DNA of 64,000 nucleotides from a candidate division FCPU426 bacterium (GTDB lineage: Bacteria; Oederibacteriota; Muellerivitia; Muellerivitales; Muellerivitaceae), in NCBI GenBank assembly GCA_963771075.1, contig CAVYSE010000011.1, forward strand, positions 1 to 64,000, in the 5' to 3' direction. This document shows positions 40,797 through 52,450 of this stretch, in pieces. Under the pieces are notes generated by a model, which was not told where the DNA came from, did no database searches, and saw only the letters and a list, made by a program, of their open reading frames with translations. A program made the position numbers and the translations under genes. Positions within the stretch are counted from its first letter, which is position 1, and every line of letters begins with the position of its first letter.

Positions 40797-40825
40797 TTGA
40801 CACTCAATTTCATTAGGGGGATAAT
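40797..40825 (+). promoter_or_regulatory. Putative sigma70 promoter of the pilin cluster
   Basis: TTGACA-N17-GATAAT. Confidence 0.6.
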
Positions 40826-40951
40826 AAAACTGTCCTCAAGTATTGCGGGCTTCCAGGGAGTTGCCGCTCCGGCCTGTTCCTTACTAAAACTGTAAAAATC
40901 ATTTAAAATTCAAGCATAAAGCAAGATTAAAAGCTGGGGAGCGGTCTTCTC

Positions 40952-41905
40952 ATGTCATTCAAGGATTTCAAAAGCCTGACGATTCAAAGGCTGAAAAATC
41001 GATTCAACAAAACAGGGTTTTCACAGCCCCGTGCGTTTTTGACCCCGTTTTCCCCCAAGGATTCCTCCTCCGAAAAGGGCTCCGCCCTGCTCATGGCCAT
41101 TTTCTTCATGACGATAGCCGTGATTTTGATGACCGTTGGGGCCAACCTTATTTCCACCGTTTCCAAACAAATCCAAAGGCAAAACACCTATGTGGCCGTG
41201 GCTGAAAACGTGGCAAGGGCGGGCATTAGTGACGCGCAGGAATGGTTTGTTAGGCAGAGTCGGCTTGTAAGGATCTTTGCAAACCCCAACAACGTACAAC
41301 CAGGAGCGGTTCCCACCTACGCCGTGAGTCCCGTGAATATTGGAGTCACCTATACCTACGCGGACCAGGCTTTTGAGCCAAGGTTCAGCACAACGACCTA
41401 CGACACGACCAATCAAAACATCGGCATCGTTAAAGACTATCCCCTCGATAACCCCGATCCCTTGAAGGCCCTCTATTTCGGGCATTATGAGGTGCGGAAA
41501 GAAAATAACCCGGCCACGGCGGGCTTTACCCCCAATCCCCTGGCGGTCCATGACATTTCGGGGGATCGCAACTCGGGCGAGGTGAACGGGGACGGGATTT
41601 ACTGGTATCTCACCAGCGTGGGAACGGTTTATAAACGTTACGATAAAACCATGGCGGTCACCAACGGAATAAACGTCTGGAACGTGGCCTATAACGTCTC
41701 ACCTAATTCGGTGGTGGCTACCTCCACGATGAGCCAGGAAATACGCAAACTTTCCTTGAACATGCCGGTCACCGCCAATTGCACCCAGTGGGGGGCGGTT
41801 TACTGCCAAAACCCCACCCAGGTGAATTTGGTCAATGATAATTCCAGGATCGCCGGCGGCGCCGCCGCGACTATCGGCGCGTTCGTTTACGACAACGCGC
41901 CATGA
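40952..41905 (+). CDS. PilX-like pilus assembly protein, N-terminal part
   Basis: EKGSALLMAIFF hydrophobic N-terminus; AENVARAGISDA. Confidence 0.75.
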   Translation: MSFKDFKSLTIQRLKNRFNKTGFSQPRAFLTPFSPKDSSSEKGSALLMAIFFMTIAVILMTVGANLISTVSKQIQRQNTYVAVAENVARAGISDAQEWFVRQSRLVRIFANPNNVQPGAVPTYAVSPVNIGVTYTYADQAFEPRFSTTTYDTTNQNIGIVKDYPLDNPDPLKALYFGHYEVRKENNPATAGFTPNPLAVHDISGDRNSGEVNGDGIYWYLTSVGTVYKRYDKTMAVTNGINVWNVAYNVSPNSVVATSTMSQEIRKLSLNMPVTANCTQWGAVYCQNPTQVNLVNDNSRIAGGAAATIGAFVYDNAP

Positions 41906-41922
41906 ACACGGAGAACCCAGCG

Positions 41923-43625
41923 ATGAATAGGCGTTTCAACAACTCAAACCCGTTTCTTTCGAAGAGGAAACATGCCCTGGGTTTGAAGTTTTCGGGTTGG
42001 GGTTTGTTTGTTCTTGCTTTCGTACTTCCTTTAACAAATGTGTGGGCTTTTAGTTATAGTAATGTTTCAGCAACGGACAGTAATGGATGTGTTAATCAAA
42101 ACGACACTGTTACAGTAAAATTTACCATATCTACTGGCGCAACTTCATTGTATTACGCCATCGGGTTTTCAAATACAAGCGAGACGGGTTTTTGCGCCGC
42201 AAGTGAATCTTCAGTAACTCCACCAAATGATATTGTTTGGGTTCTTGGCACATGCACAAGCAATGGTGGAACACTCTCTAATCCTTCTGGTACTAACGTG
42301 TCGGCATCCGTAAACGTCACCGCCCCTGCGGGGCCCTTTACAAATGTCATCATTGTCGCAAGCGATTGGAATAACAACCCTTGTACTACCAATCCAGGAA
42401 ATGGAGGTAACTTAAGGTGTGGCATGTGCTCTACTTCGATATCTTACTGTAATACACCAACTGCAACTTTTACTCCAACTTCTGCTAAAACTTCCACCCC
42501 GACCATCACGCCTACCAAATCCGTCACTCCAACCCCAACCATCACGCCCACCCCATCCTTTACTCCCTCGGCGACAACCGACCCGAGCTTTACCATCACC
42601 AATACCCCAACCCCGACCATTACCTTGACCCCAACCATTACCCCGAGCAAAACTCCAACGCCTGTTTATACCAACACCATAACCTTATCTCCGACCGTGA
42701 GTTTATCCCCAACCATTACCAAGACATGGACCGCCACTTCCGTTTTAACCCCGACCTACACCGTAACCCCGACCTTTACGGTTTCTTCAACCTACACCTA
42801 TACCTTTACGCCATCTTTTACTCCGACCCCCACGACTACCCCATCCCAAACTATTACCAACACGCCGGTTCCCGCCATACCGACCGCCACCTACAGCTTC
42901 ACCATCACCCTTACCCCCACCATTACGCTCACTTTCACCAATACCTTTACCCCTATTCCTACCGGTACCCCCATCACCACCTATACGCCCTGTCCGAGCA
43001 CATGTAATTGCTCTACGTTAAAGGCCAACGGACAGGACACCACGAATGTATATGGTCCGAATTATTGCATTTCAAACGCGGTTTCCCTTTTGCTGGATAC
43101 GAACGTTTTCGGCATGCCGTTGGAACAGGTCCAGTCCATTTCCGATTCAGTGGGCAACAACAGCGGAAGCCTTCTTCAAGTGGCTTCCTCCCGTCGACTA
43201 CCAACCAACCCGACTTGTATTATTTTTCGGGCAACTTGACCTATGACCCGAACGCCGCGCCGCCCTACAATCAACTTTACGGCACAGGGCTGCTGATCGT
43301 GGATGGGGAACTCAACATTACATCGGGAGTCAACTCGGCAACTTCCCAACCCACCACCAACATCTTCATGGGCGTTATTTATTGCACGGGGAACATCGTG
43401 ATCAACGCGGTCGGCGCGCCGGTCATCATTGACGGGGCGGTTATTTTAGGCCGAACCGCCACCAGCGGAACCGGCCAGGGGACCCTCCATGTCAACGGCA
43501 ACACCGATTACATGGTCCAAATCGGCGCCAACCCCAACATGGTTCAAACTGTGATGAATACCGTTTGTCAGTACCGATTGAACAGCACGGCCAAGAAAAG
43601 TTTCTTGAACGTCCCCAACTGGTAA
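41923..43625 (+). CDS. Secreted protein: signal peptide, AT-rich Cys-containing domain, long Thr/Pro linker, PilX-like C-terminal domain (frameshift near 43190)
   Basis: FVLAFVLPLTNVWA signal; ~190 aa TPT linker; GTGLLIVDGEL...FMGVIYCTGNI in the next frame. Confidence 0.65.
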
Positions 43626-43639
43626 AGAAAGGAGTTCCC

Positions 43640-46600
43640 ATGCGTCATCCCATCGGCCAAAAGGGGTTCTCCCTCCTCGAACTCATGATCGCCGTCTCGA
43701 TTCTGACCTTCATGACCACGGCCATCATCGTTTCCCGGGGCCTCATGTCCAAACAATCCGTGAGAAGCTCGGATAAGATCTTCGCGAACCAGAAGGCCAT
43801 CCAGATGTTCGAGGAACTGCTCGCCTCCCAAAACCGCACCAAAAATTTCACATACCTCGACCAGATGTCCGACGCGTCGAACTATTACAACCCCCTCCTG
43901 ACCACGGACGCGACCGTTTCCATGGAATACGCGGGTTCGGGCACCACGATCACGCAGAACCCGAACGCCCCCTCGGACCCCTTGAGCGGCAACTTCAAAA
44001 CCGACGGCAATTGGAGATACCTTCGCCAAATCACGGTCCAGCGCAACTCGACCGACTCCACCATGCGCCAGGTCAACATTGAGATTTGGCGGTACCAGTC
44101 GGACACCAACCCCACCCTCCCGGGCGAACAGTTGGCCCAGGTTTCAGGCGTCTTGCACACAAGCAACTCCAACACTGCCCCGACCCAAGTGCTGGATATG
44201 TACGTGCTGGCCATCCAAAACATTCCCGGCTGGTGGGGTGAATTGCCCACACTGACCTACGGGGCCAAGCTACTTCCGAACGTCTTCCAGGCCACCAACC
44301 CGGGCCTCACCATCCGGACGCATTACATTACCCGCACCTCCTACGGACGGGACAGTTATTACAAGCCCTTCACCAATAGTAGTTACTATTCTAACGACAC
44401 GCACTCGTCCAATTTCCCTTGGTGTTACTATTATCCCGGTACGACCTATGGGACGACGATTACGGGCGGCGCTTGCGTGACAGTGAACCCCCAGCACTAC
44501 TATGACCCCTTTAACAACTATGGGCTCCAAATCACCGGCAACGTGAACGTGGATGGGGCCATTTCCAACGTTAGCTCCAGCCAGTTCTCCGGCTGTCCCT
44601 CCTATTCTTGCGCGGACTATTTCAACAACGCCCTGCGCTATCCCGACGAGCTCAACCTTTACAATCAGGTCGTGACCCAGGCCCTAGCCGCCGCCGCCGC
44701 GGGTCTGCCCGTCAACGCCGGGGCCACGGAAATCAGCGAGCGCATGCTCCTCGAGGGCATGCTCAGCCAGCCTCAATCCTACGAGAATGCCTTGATCCTC
44801 AACCTACACGGGGAAATGATGCCTCTCCCGTCCATGCGCAATTACTCGGACGCGGCCAAGGACCCTTCCAATATCAGCGGCTTCGGGGGCGCCAATATCC
44901 GCGCGGTGACCCATCCGGAATTCCTTTTTTACCCCTTCTCAGGGGCCAACGCCCAGGGTCCGGCGACCTTCAGGGTTTATTCCTACTATGACGGGTTGGA
45001 CATACCGGGTAATTTGGATACTGTTTATCCCCCCGCCCACATCACGTCTAATGTAGCGCCCGTCATTAGCGTCCTACTTGACACGCCCATGAACACCAAC
45101 CTCACCAATACCATCGTAGTCAAGGGGTACTCCGGCAACGTCAACACGGGTTATACCCTCATGACCCTCTGGGACGGCACGACGTCCTATTCCAGCCCAG
45201 AAAAAATGTCCGCCCAGGTCATCAGCCCTTATGGCCCCTCCAACAATCAAACTCTGGTTTTGCTTTACAACTCCCCCCTTGCGCTGTCCCCGGCATCCGG
45301 CAGTTTCCCGCCGGCGGCCGGGGCCAATACCGGGATTGCCTACTGCCTACAGGCTTTACAACAGCGAATACATCCCTTGCAGCCCCGATTTAACGGCTAT
45401 GCAAAGCCCCTATACCTTCACCAATCAAGGACTGGCTTACTTCCCGACCGTGGGCCCCAAGAACACGGCCCGATGGTTGATCGAGTGCGCAGGCTTGCCC
45501 ATTGGCCAGCACAAGTCGAAACCTTTCTCGGCCCATTGGCCGCCATGTAACTACACCAACCCTTCCGGGACAACTCATAGTGTCCACTCAGGGCTCACGG
45601 GAACCGCCAGTGCCAGTTTCCCAACCTTTCCAGCACCTACGTGTGGGCGGCTAATGGCCAGGGTGCTGGCATGGTCCCGCCCTGGACCGAGCGTTACCAG
45701 TTCATGGGAGACCCCCGCGATTGTCCTTACCTGGACGTGAAGGTGGGCGGGCCCAAGGTGGCCGGCGCGCCCCTCACCATCGGCACTACGACGGCCGGAG
45801 GCTCGGACGGACCGGGTTACAATTGGTGGTTCAAGAACCTAAATGGAACCACCGACGGGTTCACGGGTTTTGGGGCGGCAGGAAACGTGGCGGGTTGGTC
45901 CACGGACCAAATAGAGACCGATTTACCCCGTTATTACTCAGCCGTTCGAAAAGGCATAATGAATACAACCTCGGTCTTTTCGATGATCTGTGGATGGAGC
46001 TTTTTCTATTGCGGTTATGGGGGCGAAATCGGGGGCAACCAGCCACCCTTCTACGGGCATATTCCCTGTAACCTCACCCCATGGCAGAGTACGACCACGA
46101 CCTCTTTTTCCGGCATTGACGAGATCCTCAGTTCGACCCAGGAAGGTTGGAATACGGTCACCAATGAGCAACAAAACGCCAATGAGCCTTTGTGCTATAC
46201 CCAGGGAACCGCCTCAACCGCCTGGTATGCGCGGGCCTGGCAGGGAGAGATTTGCCCCGACAGCATGTGGAACTGCTGGACGGCCTATGGAAATCTCCCC
46301 ACTTGCGGCAATACCACCGCCTATGCCAACAAATTTTACCGGGAGGATTTCACCAATATCCATCCACCCACGAACAGCCTCGACGGATTTGGAAGGTCCT
46401 TTTGCAAGTCCCCGAAGGACGCTGGCATCAACGCCTTCTGTGACGGCACAAGCACCGGCGCGACCGGCGGTTTTGTCGTCAACATCGACCAAGAGAATGC
46501 CCCGAACACCATTTGCTCCTTGGGCGCGACCTGTTTCTCCATTTTCGGGTTTCCCATGCCCGCCACCGTTCCAACCAGCTCCGCCAATTGGCGCGACTGG

Positions 46601-47461
46601 GATATTGCGACCAATACCAACACCAACGGCGCGGTGGGGGGCGAATATAGCCTCGCGCCTTATAACGCATTCACGACCCTTACCATTCCCACGAATAATT
46701 CCATTCAAAGGGAATTTTACCTTCCCGGAAACGCCTATGCCTCGAACGGTGAAGGCTCGGCGGTTTTGCAGATTTCCGCCAACAATCAAACTGGTTATTT
46801 GATCCAATCCGGTTTCGACTATACAGCCCAATCGGACCCCGACGTGGTGATCCAGATCGCCATGACCGAAATGATGCGCACCTATTTGGATGGCGGCCGC
46901 CTGCACGCGGCCGGAACGGCGGGACATATCACCCAGATACCCCTCATCGAACTCTACCCCGACCAACCCACGGGCCAATACAACAACCCCACCACCATCA
47001 ACCTTTGCATCGCCAGCCCGGTAACTACCGGCACTCCCATGACCATCTCTGGGTTTACCACCATCGGCGCGGGCCCGGTCACCAACCTTTGGTACCGATG
47101 GCCGGGACTGACCTCCAACATCGCCAATTACTACACCGAGGAATACCCCAATTACGGCCAGGCCCTGACGGCATCCACCTACTCCGAATCGGTGACCATG
47201 GACTATTATTTGAAATATTCCACGGACCTGGTCAATTGGAAGTACGCCCAGGATAACAGCCCCGCCGTCCTGGGCATCCCCGACCCGAGCGGCGCACATA
47301 TCGTCGCCAGCTCCACCAGTTCCCCCATCACCTACTCCTGGAACGTTTCCAACACCACCCAATTTCCCCTGGATAATTATTACGTGGAAGCGGAGGCTTA
47401 TCGGGAGCAGTTCCCGCTCCATTACGCTTGTCACCAGATTGTCTTAAGTATCCTTCGTTGA
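43640..47461 (+). CDS. Giant prepilin-type N-methylation domain protein (putative adhesin), frameshifts in ~45340-45640
   Basis: QKG|FSLLELMIAV prepilin motif with GGAG RBS; continuous coding style over three frames. Confidence 0.8.
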
Positions 47462-47472
47462 GGGCTCCCATC

Positions 47473-48597
47473 ATGCGATCCAGGTTGTTCCGCCGGGAAC
47501 AGGGTTACACCATGATCGAATTGATGATGGTGATCGGCATCTTGGGGGTGATCACGCCCGCGCTCCTGCTTTTTTTCCAGAATTACACCCAGAGCATGGC
47601 CGCGGATGAAATGCGGTCCCAACTGCAGTCCCTCAACCAAAACACTTTTTTGAGGCTTCACGAGCGGCTGGGCATGTGCCGGCACATGTTCCAGGGCAGC
47701 GCGGCCGGAGGCATTTCCATGATATCGAACCTGCAATTTTCCGCCACGGCCCCCGCCACGGTGACCGGCAGCGCCATGGCGGTCCTGCAGTCCAATTCCT
47801 TACAAAGTTTCGCGAACGCCGTCATCAACTCGAATTTGATCGGGAACGAACTTTTATTCGCGACCTATGATTCGCCCCAAAACATCGGGAATCAGCGCTA
47901 CAACGCTCCCTTGACCACCACGGGCGGGGCGGGAGGCGTTATCGTCACCGATTCCGCCGGCGTCACGGTTCCGATGGTGGTCGATGTTTACCGCTTCTGG
48001 TTCTATTACCTGGCGGCCAACCCAACTAACAGAGGGCCGAAAGACTTCAAGACCTACCGGCTGGTGGAGTGGGAAAGCACCCAAATGGCCGATGCCGCCG
48101 AGATCAACAATATGCCCGATACGGTACTCGCGGGAAACGTCATTAAATGGCTTGTCGCGGGAGGAGACGCAAACACCAATACAACCTATTCGATACGGCT
48201 TGCCTGGGATCCGCATCAAAACAGCGACGCCAACGCTTTTTATTCACTGAACACAAACGGAACCCTCACCGCCTTGGTGGCCACCCAGCCCGTCACGGAG
48301 GCCACCTGGCAATACATCACCCGGGTGAACCAGGGCATTCTTTCCGGGGGCTTCCGGTATGGCATCATGGGCAATACCTGGTCGGGCGCGACTCCGCCGG
48401 CGTTGGGCACGAAAAACGTGGTGCCGATCCTGGCAACCCCCAACGGTCTATTTCCCGGGGGGTTCGAGGTGGGATTGTCCGGAAATGACCAGGGCCGGGA
48501 AGTGCTGTTTCGAAGCATGTTGGTGGCCGAGGGGGCGACGAAATTACCTGTTTATAACGACGAAACCAGCGTGGTGAACTTTTTCGACGTTTGGTGA
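47473..48597 (+). CDS. Prepilin-type N-methylation domain protein (PilW-like)
   Basis: EQG|YTMIELMMVIG. Confidence 0.85.
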   Translation: MRSRLFRREQGYTMIELMMVIGILGVITPALLLFFQNYTQSMAADEMRSQLQSLNQNTFLRLHERLGMCRHMFQGSAAGGISMISNLQFSATAPATVTGSAMAVLQSNSLQSFANAVINSNLIGNELLFATYDSPQNIGNQRYNAPLTTTGGAGGVIVTDSAGVTVPMVVDVYRFWFYYLAANPTNRGPKDFKTYRLVEWESTQMADAAEINNMPDTVLAGNVIKWLVAGGDANTNTTYSIRLAWDPHQNSDANAFYSLNTNGTLTALVATQPVTEATWQYITRVNQGILSGGFRYGIMGNTWSGATPPALGTKNVVPILATPNGLFPGGFEVGLSGNDQGREVLFRSMLVAEGATKLPVYNDETSVVNFFDVW

Positions 48598-48611
48598 GTT
48601 TAATCACGGCA

Positions 48612-48632
48612 TTGAACCGCGAAGACGCGAAG
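48612..48632. repeat. Single arm of the periodic repeat family
   Basis: TTGAACCGCGAAGACGCGAAG. Confidence 0.6.
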
Positions 48633-48744
48633 CATCAAAAAAATCAAACACAATTTCCTTTTTAGGTTTTTGCCCCCCGTTGATTTTTCAGTAACTTCCC
48701 TCCATCCTTCCCCGTAGTTGGAGATAGCTCCGGGGAGGCCCGCC

Positions 48745-49092
48745 GTGGACGAAAAAATTCCATCCAAAGAAGAGATTCTCAAGAAAAAATGCGTGCCCTG
48801 CGAGGGGGGAACCAAACCCCTCAACCTGGTCATGATCAAGGGCTACCTATCCCAGATTGCCGGTTGGGAATACGACGGTAAGGAAATATCCAAGACGTTC
48901 CCGTTCCAGAATTTCCACGAGACCATGGCCTTCGTGAACGCGGTGGCTTTCCTTTCCCACCGGGAAGACCATCATCCGGACCTGGAAGTGAGCTACAAGG
49001 CCTGCAAGGTGAAATACCACACCCACGCCATCAACGGCATGAGCGACAACGATTTCATTTGCGCGGCGAAAGTGGATCAACTGCTTCAATGA
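48745..49092 (+). CDS. Pterin-4-alpha-carbinolamine dehydratase
   Basis: CVPCEGG, EDHHPD, HTHAINGMSDNDFICAAK. Confidence 0.95.
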   Translation: MDEKIPSKEEILKKKCVPCEGGTKPLNLVMIKGYLSQIAGWEYDGKEISKTFPFQNFHETMAFVNAVAFLSHREDHHPDLEVSYKACKVKYHTHAINGMSDNDFICAAKVDQLLQ

Positions 49093-49175
49093 CAGCCATT
49101 AAATGACAGCTATTAGCCATTGGCGGTTGGCCGTTAGTTTTTAGCTAAAAGCCAACAGCTAAAGGCCAAAAGCTC
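49092..49175. repeat. 7-bp-periodic imperfect inverted repeat
   Basis: CAGCTATTAGCCATTGGCGGTTGGCCGTTAG ... AGCTAAAAGCCAACAGCTAAAGGCCAAAAGCT. Confidence 0.7.
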
Positions 49176-49197
49176 AAATGACCAAGGGGAGATTCCA

Positions 49198-51073
49198 TTG
49201 CCTACCATCGGACCGATTTCCAAAGAGCTGACCCTGGGGGAATTCCTTGAGCGTTACCCCTGGCCCGGAGAGTGGCTGAAAAAGGGAAAACCCATGCATT
49301 ACTTCTGGAAGTTCGACCTGCCGCGTGCCCGTCGAAAAACTCTGGCCTTTTGTGGCCGACCTGTCCTCCTTCAACAAGCGGGTGGGCATGGGCGAGATGA
49401 AGTTCACCGAAAAAAACGGCCGGATGCACGGGACCTCCGTCAACGGGGGCACCCTGCAGGATTGGGAGGAGGTGCCCTGGGAATGGGAATATGGCCGACA
49501 GTTCAGCCATGCCCGTGTTTACAGCCGAGGGCTCTCCCATTACATGAGGGCCCGATACCTTTTCGAGGAGACCGAACCAGGCAAATGCCGGCTTTACGCC
49601 TACCTGGGTTTCATCCCCCGGGGACCGATCGGAGCCGCTCAAGCTTCAGCATCGGACTGCCGGAAATGAAAAAGGGCTACGCCAAGGCGCTGGGGGAAAT
49701 CACCGAAGCGATCCAAAAACAGGAAGCCTTGAACCCCCCGGTTCCACCCGCGCCCCTGCCCCCGGCGGTGATGGACGAAGCTGAGCCGATTTGAAACGGC
49801 AACTGGTGGAAAGCGGGACCCGGCCGGAGATCGCGGAGAAACTGGCGCGTTTCGTGGCCGCCGAACCCGACGAGACCCTCTATCGCGTCCGGGTGAAGCC
49901 CCTGGCGCGGGAGTGGAAGGTGGGCGAAAAGGAGCTTTTGCTGGCCTTCCTCAACGCCACCCGCCTGGGGCTTTTCAACCTGACCTGGGACGTGCTTTGC
50001 CCCCATTGCCGGGGGGTGCGGGACGAGATCCGGAGCCTGGGCCAACTGCCCCAAAGGGGAAGCTGCGCGGTGTGCATGGTCGATTTTGACGCCACCGCCT
50101 TCAACACACTGGAGGTGACCTTCCACGTGCACCCCTCCATCCGCCAGGTCCAAAAAAGGCTCTATTGCGCCGCCGAACCGGCCACCAAGCCCCATATCAA
50201 GATGCAGAAAACCGTACTCCCGGGGAGCCAGTTGTCCCTGCCCACCCTACTGGGCCTGGGGCGCTACCGACTGCGCATCGGCGGGAGGGAACTTTACAAC
50301 CTTTTGGATATCAACGAGGAGGCGGGTGACACCTACGTGAAATGGCAGGACAGCCTGGCGGAACAAAACCTGGAAAGCGCCCATTTTCCCACCGTGGTGC
50401 TGGAAAACACCTCGGCCGAGCCCCGGATGTTCATTTTGGAGGAAAACCACGTGGACCGGGACGCCCTGAGGCCGGTGGATCTCTTCAGTTTCCAGGGGTT
50501 CCGCGACCTGTTTCTCAAAGGAAGCCCTGGCGTCCGATATCAAGCTGGAGGTGGGGGTGCAAACCATCCTCTTCACGGACCTGGTGGGCTCCACGAAATT
50601 CTACGAGACCGAGGGGGACACGGTGGCCTTCACGCGAGGTGCGGGCGCATTTCCTCAAGGCCTACGACGTGGTGAAAAAACACGGGGGCGCGGTGGTGAA
50701 GACCATCGGGGACGCGGTGATGGCGGCCTTTTCCGATCCCGTGGACGCCTTGAAGGCGGCGGTGGAAATGCAGGAATACTTCAACGGCAAGAACCCCGAG
50801 ACCCGGTTGCGACTGCGCGTGACCCTGAACCGGGGAAGCTGCCTGGCGGTGAACCTGAACAGCGCCATCGATTATTTCGGGAACACCGTGAATCTGGGGG
50901 CCAAGATCCAATCCATCGCCGAGGCGGGGCAGATCGGGTTCACGGAGGATTTTTACCAAGCCCCGAAGCGTGAGGGATTATTTAAAAGAAAAGCACCTGG
51001 AGCCGGAAAACTGGAATTCACCCAGAAATGGTCGGGCAAGACCATCCCGGTTTATCGGGTGGAAGTGGCTTAG
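49198..51073 (+). CDS. Class III adenylate/guanylate cyclase with DUF5939-like central domain (several frameshifts)
   Basis: WDVLCPHCRG...CAVC; ILFTDLVGST, VVKTIGDAVMAAF, DYFGNTVN. Confidence 0.88.
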
Positions 51074-51735
51074 ATGCTATTTTTTCTTTCTTGTCGGACT
51101 CCTGCTTTTTTGGAACCCAAAAGGGCCTTACCGACCTCGTAGAAGGTCGGGAGGAGGGACACGAAGACGATGCCGAGGATCACCACCTCGAAATGCTGGT
51201 TGACCCAGGGCAGGTTGCCGAATAGGTAGCCCGAACCGATGCAAAGGAGGGTCCAGGACAGCACCCCGATCAGGTTAAACCGGGCGAATTTGCCGTAGGT
51301 CATGCGGCCCACTCCCGCCACAAAGGGCGCGAAGGTGCGGAAGATGGGGGCGAACTGGAAGAGGATGAGGGTTTGCACCCCGTGTTTCTCGTAGATCTCG
51401 TGGGTCTTATCCAGGTATTTCTTGTTTACGAACCTTCCGAAGACGTTGGGCCCGAAGAACCGGCCGATCCAATAGTTGCTGTGGTCGCCCATCAGGGCCG
51501 CGGCGGTCAGCAGCACCCAGGCGAAGCCGACGTTAAGCTGGGCCGTGGCGCTCAGGGCGCCCACGGTAAAGAGAAGGGAGTCGCCCGGCAGGATGGGGGT
51601 GACCACCAGCCCGGTCTCGCAAAAGATGACCCCGAACAGGACCGCGTAAATATAGGTGCCGTAAGCCTGCACCAATTCCGGCAGGTACTTGTTCAAATGC
51701 AGAATGTGGTCCACGAAGGTGTGCAGGGAATCCAT
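51070..51735 (-). CDS. dedA: DedA family membrane protein
   Basis: IFCETGLVVTPILPGDSLLF, RTFAPFVAG. Confidence 0.93.
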   Translation of the reverse strand: MDSLHTFVDHILHLNKYLPELVQAYGTYIYAVLFGVIFCETGLVVTPILPGDSLLFTVGALSATAQLNVGFAWVLLTAAALMGDHSNYWIGRFFGPNVFGRFVNKKYLDKTHEIYEKHGVQTLILFQFAPIFRTFAPFVAGVGRMTYGKFARFNLIGVLSWTLLCIGSGYLFGNLPWVNQHFEVVILGIVFVSLLPTFYEVGKALLGSKKAGVRQERKNSI

Positions 51736-51861
51736 GGTTCTCCTCAGGCTTCAAAGATTGAAAACGTCCAAAGCATAACATTCACATGAAAGGCGGGATA
51801 GGGTTTTTGATGAATCCCTTATGGTTTAAGAACCCTTAACAAAACCTCAAAGAAAAGAAGA

Positions 51862-52380
51862 TTTTCACCGCCAAGTCCGCCATGCCGACCTTCAATAAAA
51901 AGCTTAAAGAGGTCGGTATAGTACCGATTTCCATATTCATTTTTTTGGTGAATCGGCACAAGAAAGACAAAATCAAACATGATTTTAAAGGTTCAATTAC
52001 CTTAGTTGTCTTGGCGTCCTTGGCGGTTATAAAAAGTTTGCCTCTTTCCTGAAATTGCAGATAGAGTCTGTTTTAAATCTTGCTTTATTTGGTTGTCATT
52101 GCGACGAGTGGCCGCCGATATCCCGCATTTCCTTTTGAAAATTTTAAAAGATGATGCGGGATCATCCCATTTTCCTTATTTACCCTTAAAGAAAAATGGG
52201 GCTAGGCGGACGTTCACGAGAGGCTTGTGGTAGTTGGCCTAAATTCGGCCAACCATCCATGGGCTTTAGCCCATGGACAATCCCAGTTTAAAAAAGCCTT
52301 TAAAAAGGCCAAGACGAACATCGAACTGAGATCGCGACGTCGGCAACCGCCCCGATTGGGGCGCCTCCTCTCGATGACAG
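51862..52380. repeat. Cluster of nested REP-like palindromes
   Basis: CACCGCCAAG...CTTGGCGG; TGTCATTGCGACGAG...CTCCTCTCGATGACA; TCCATGGGCTTTAGCCCATGGA. Confidence 0.75.
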
Positions 52381-52450
52381 ACCACAAAAAGTACTTCAAA
52401 AACCCTTTATCTGCAAATTCGGGAAAGACCCAAAAGGTTTGTAGGAGTTT

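Noticed and set aside
40560..40950. Cyclic-dinucleotide riboswitch upstream of the pilin cluster
   Set aside because: I could not match c-di-GMP or c-di-AMP riboswitch consensus by eye; only a promoter is supported.
42450..42990. Thr/Pro-coding repeats as CRISPR or DGR repeats
   Set aside because: They are degenerate codon-level repeats inside an ORF; no spacers, cas genes or reverse transcriptase are present.
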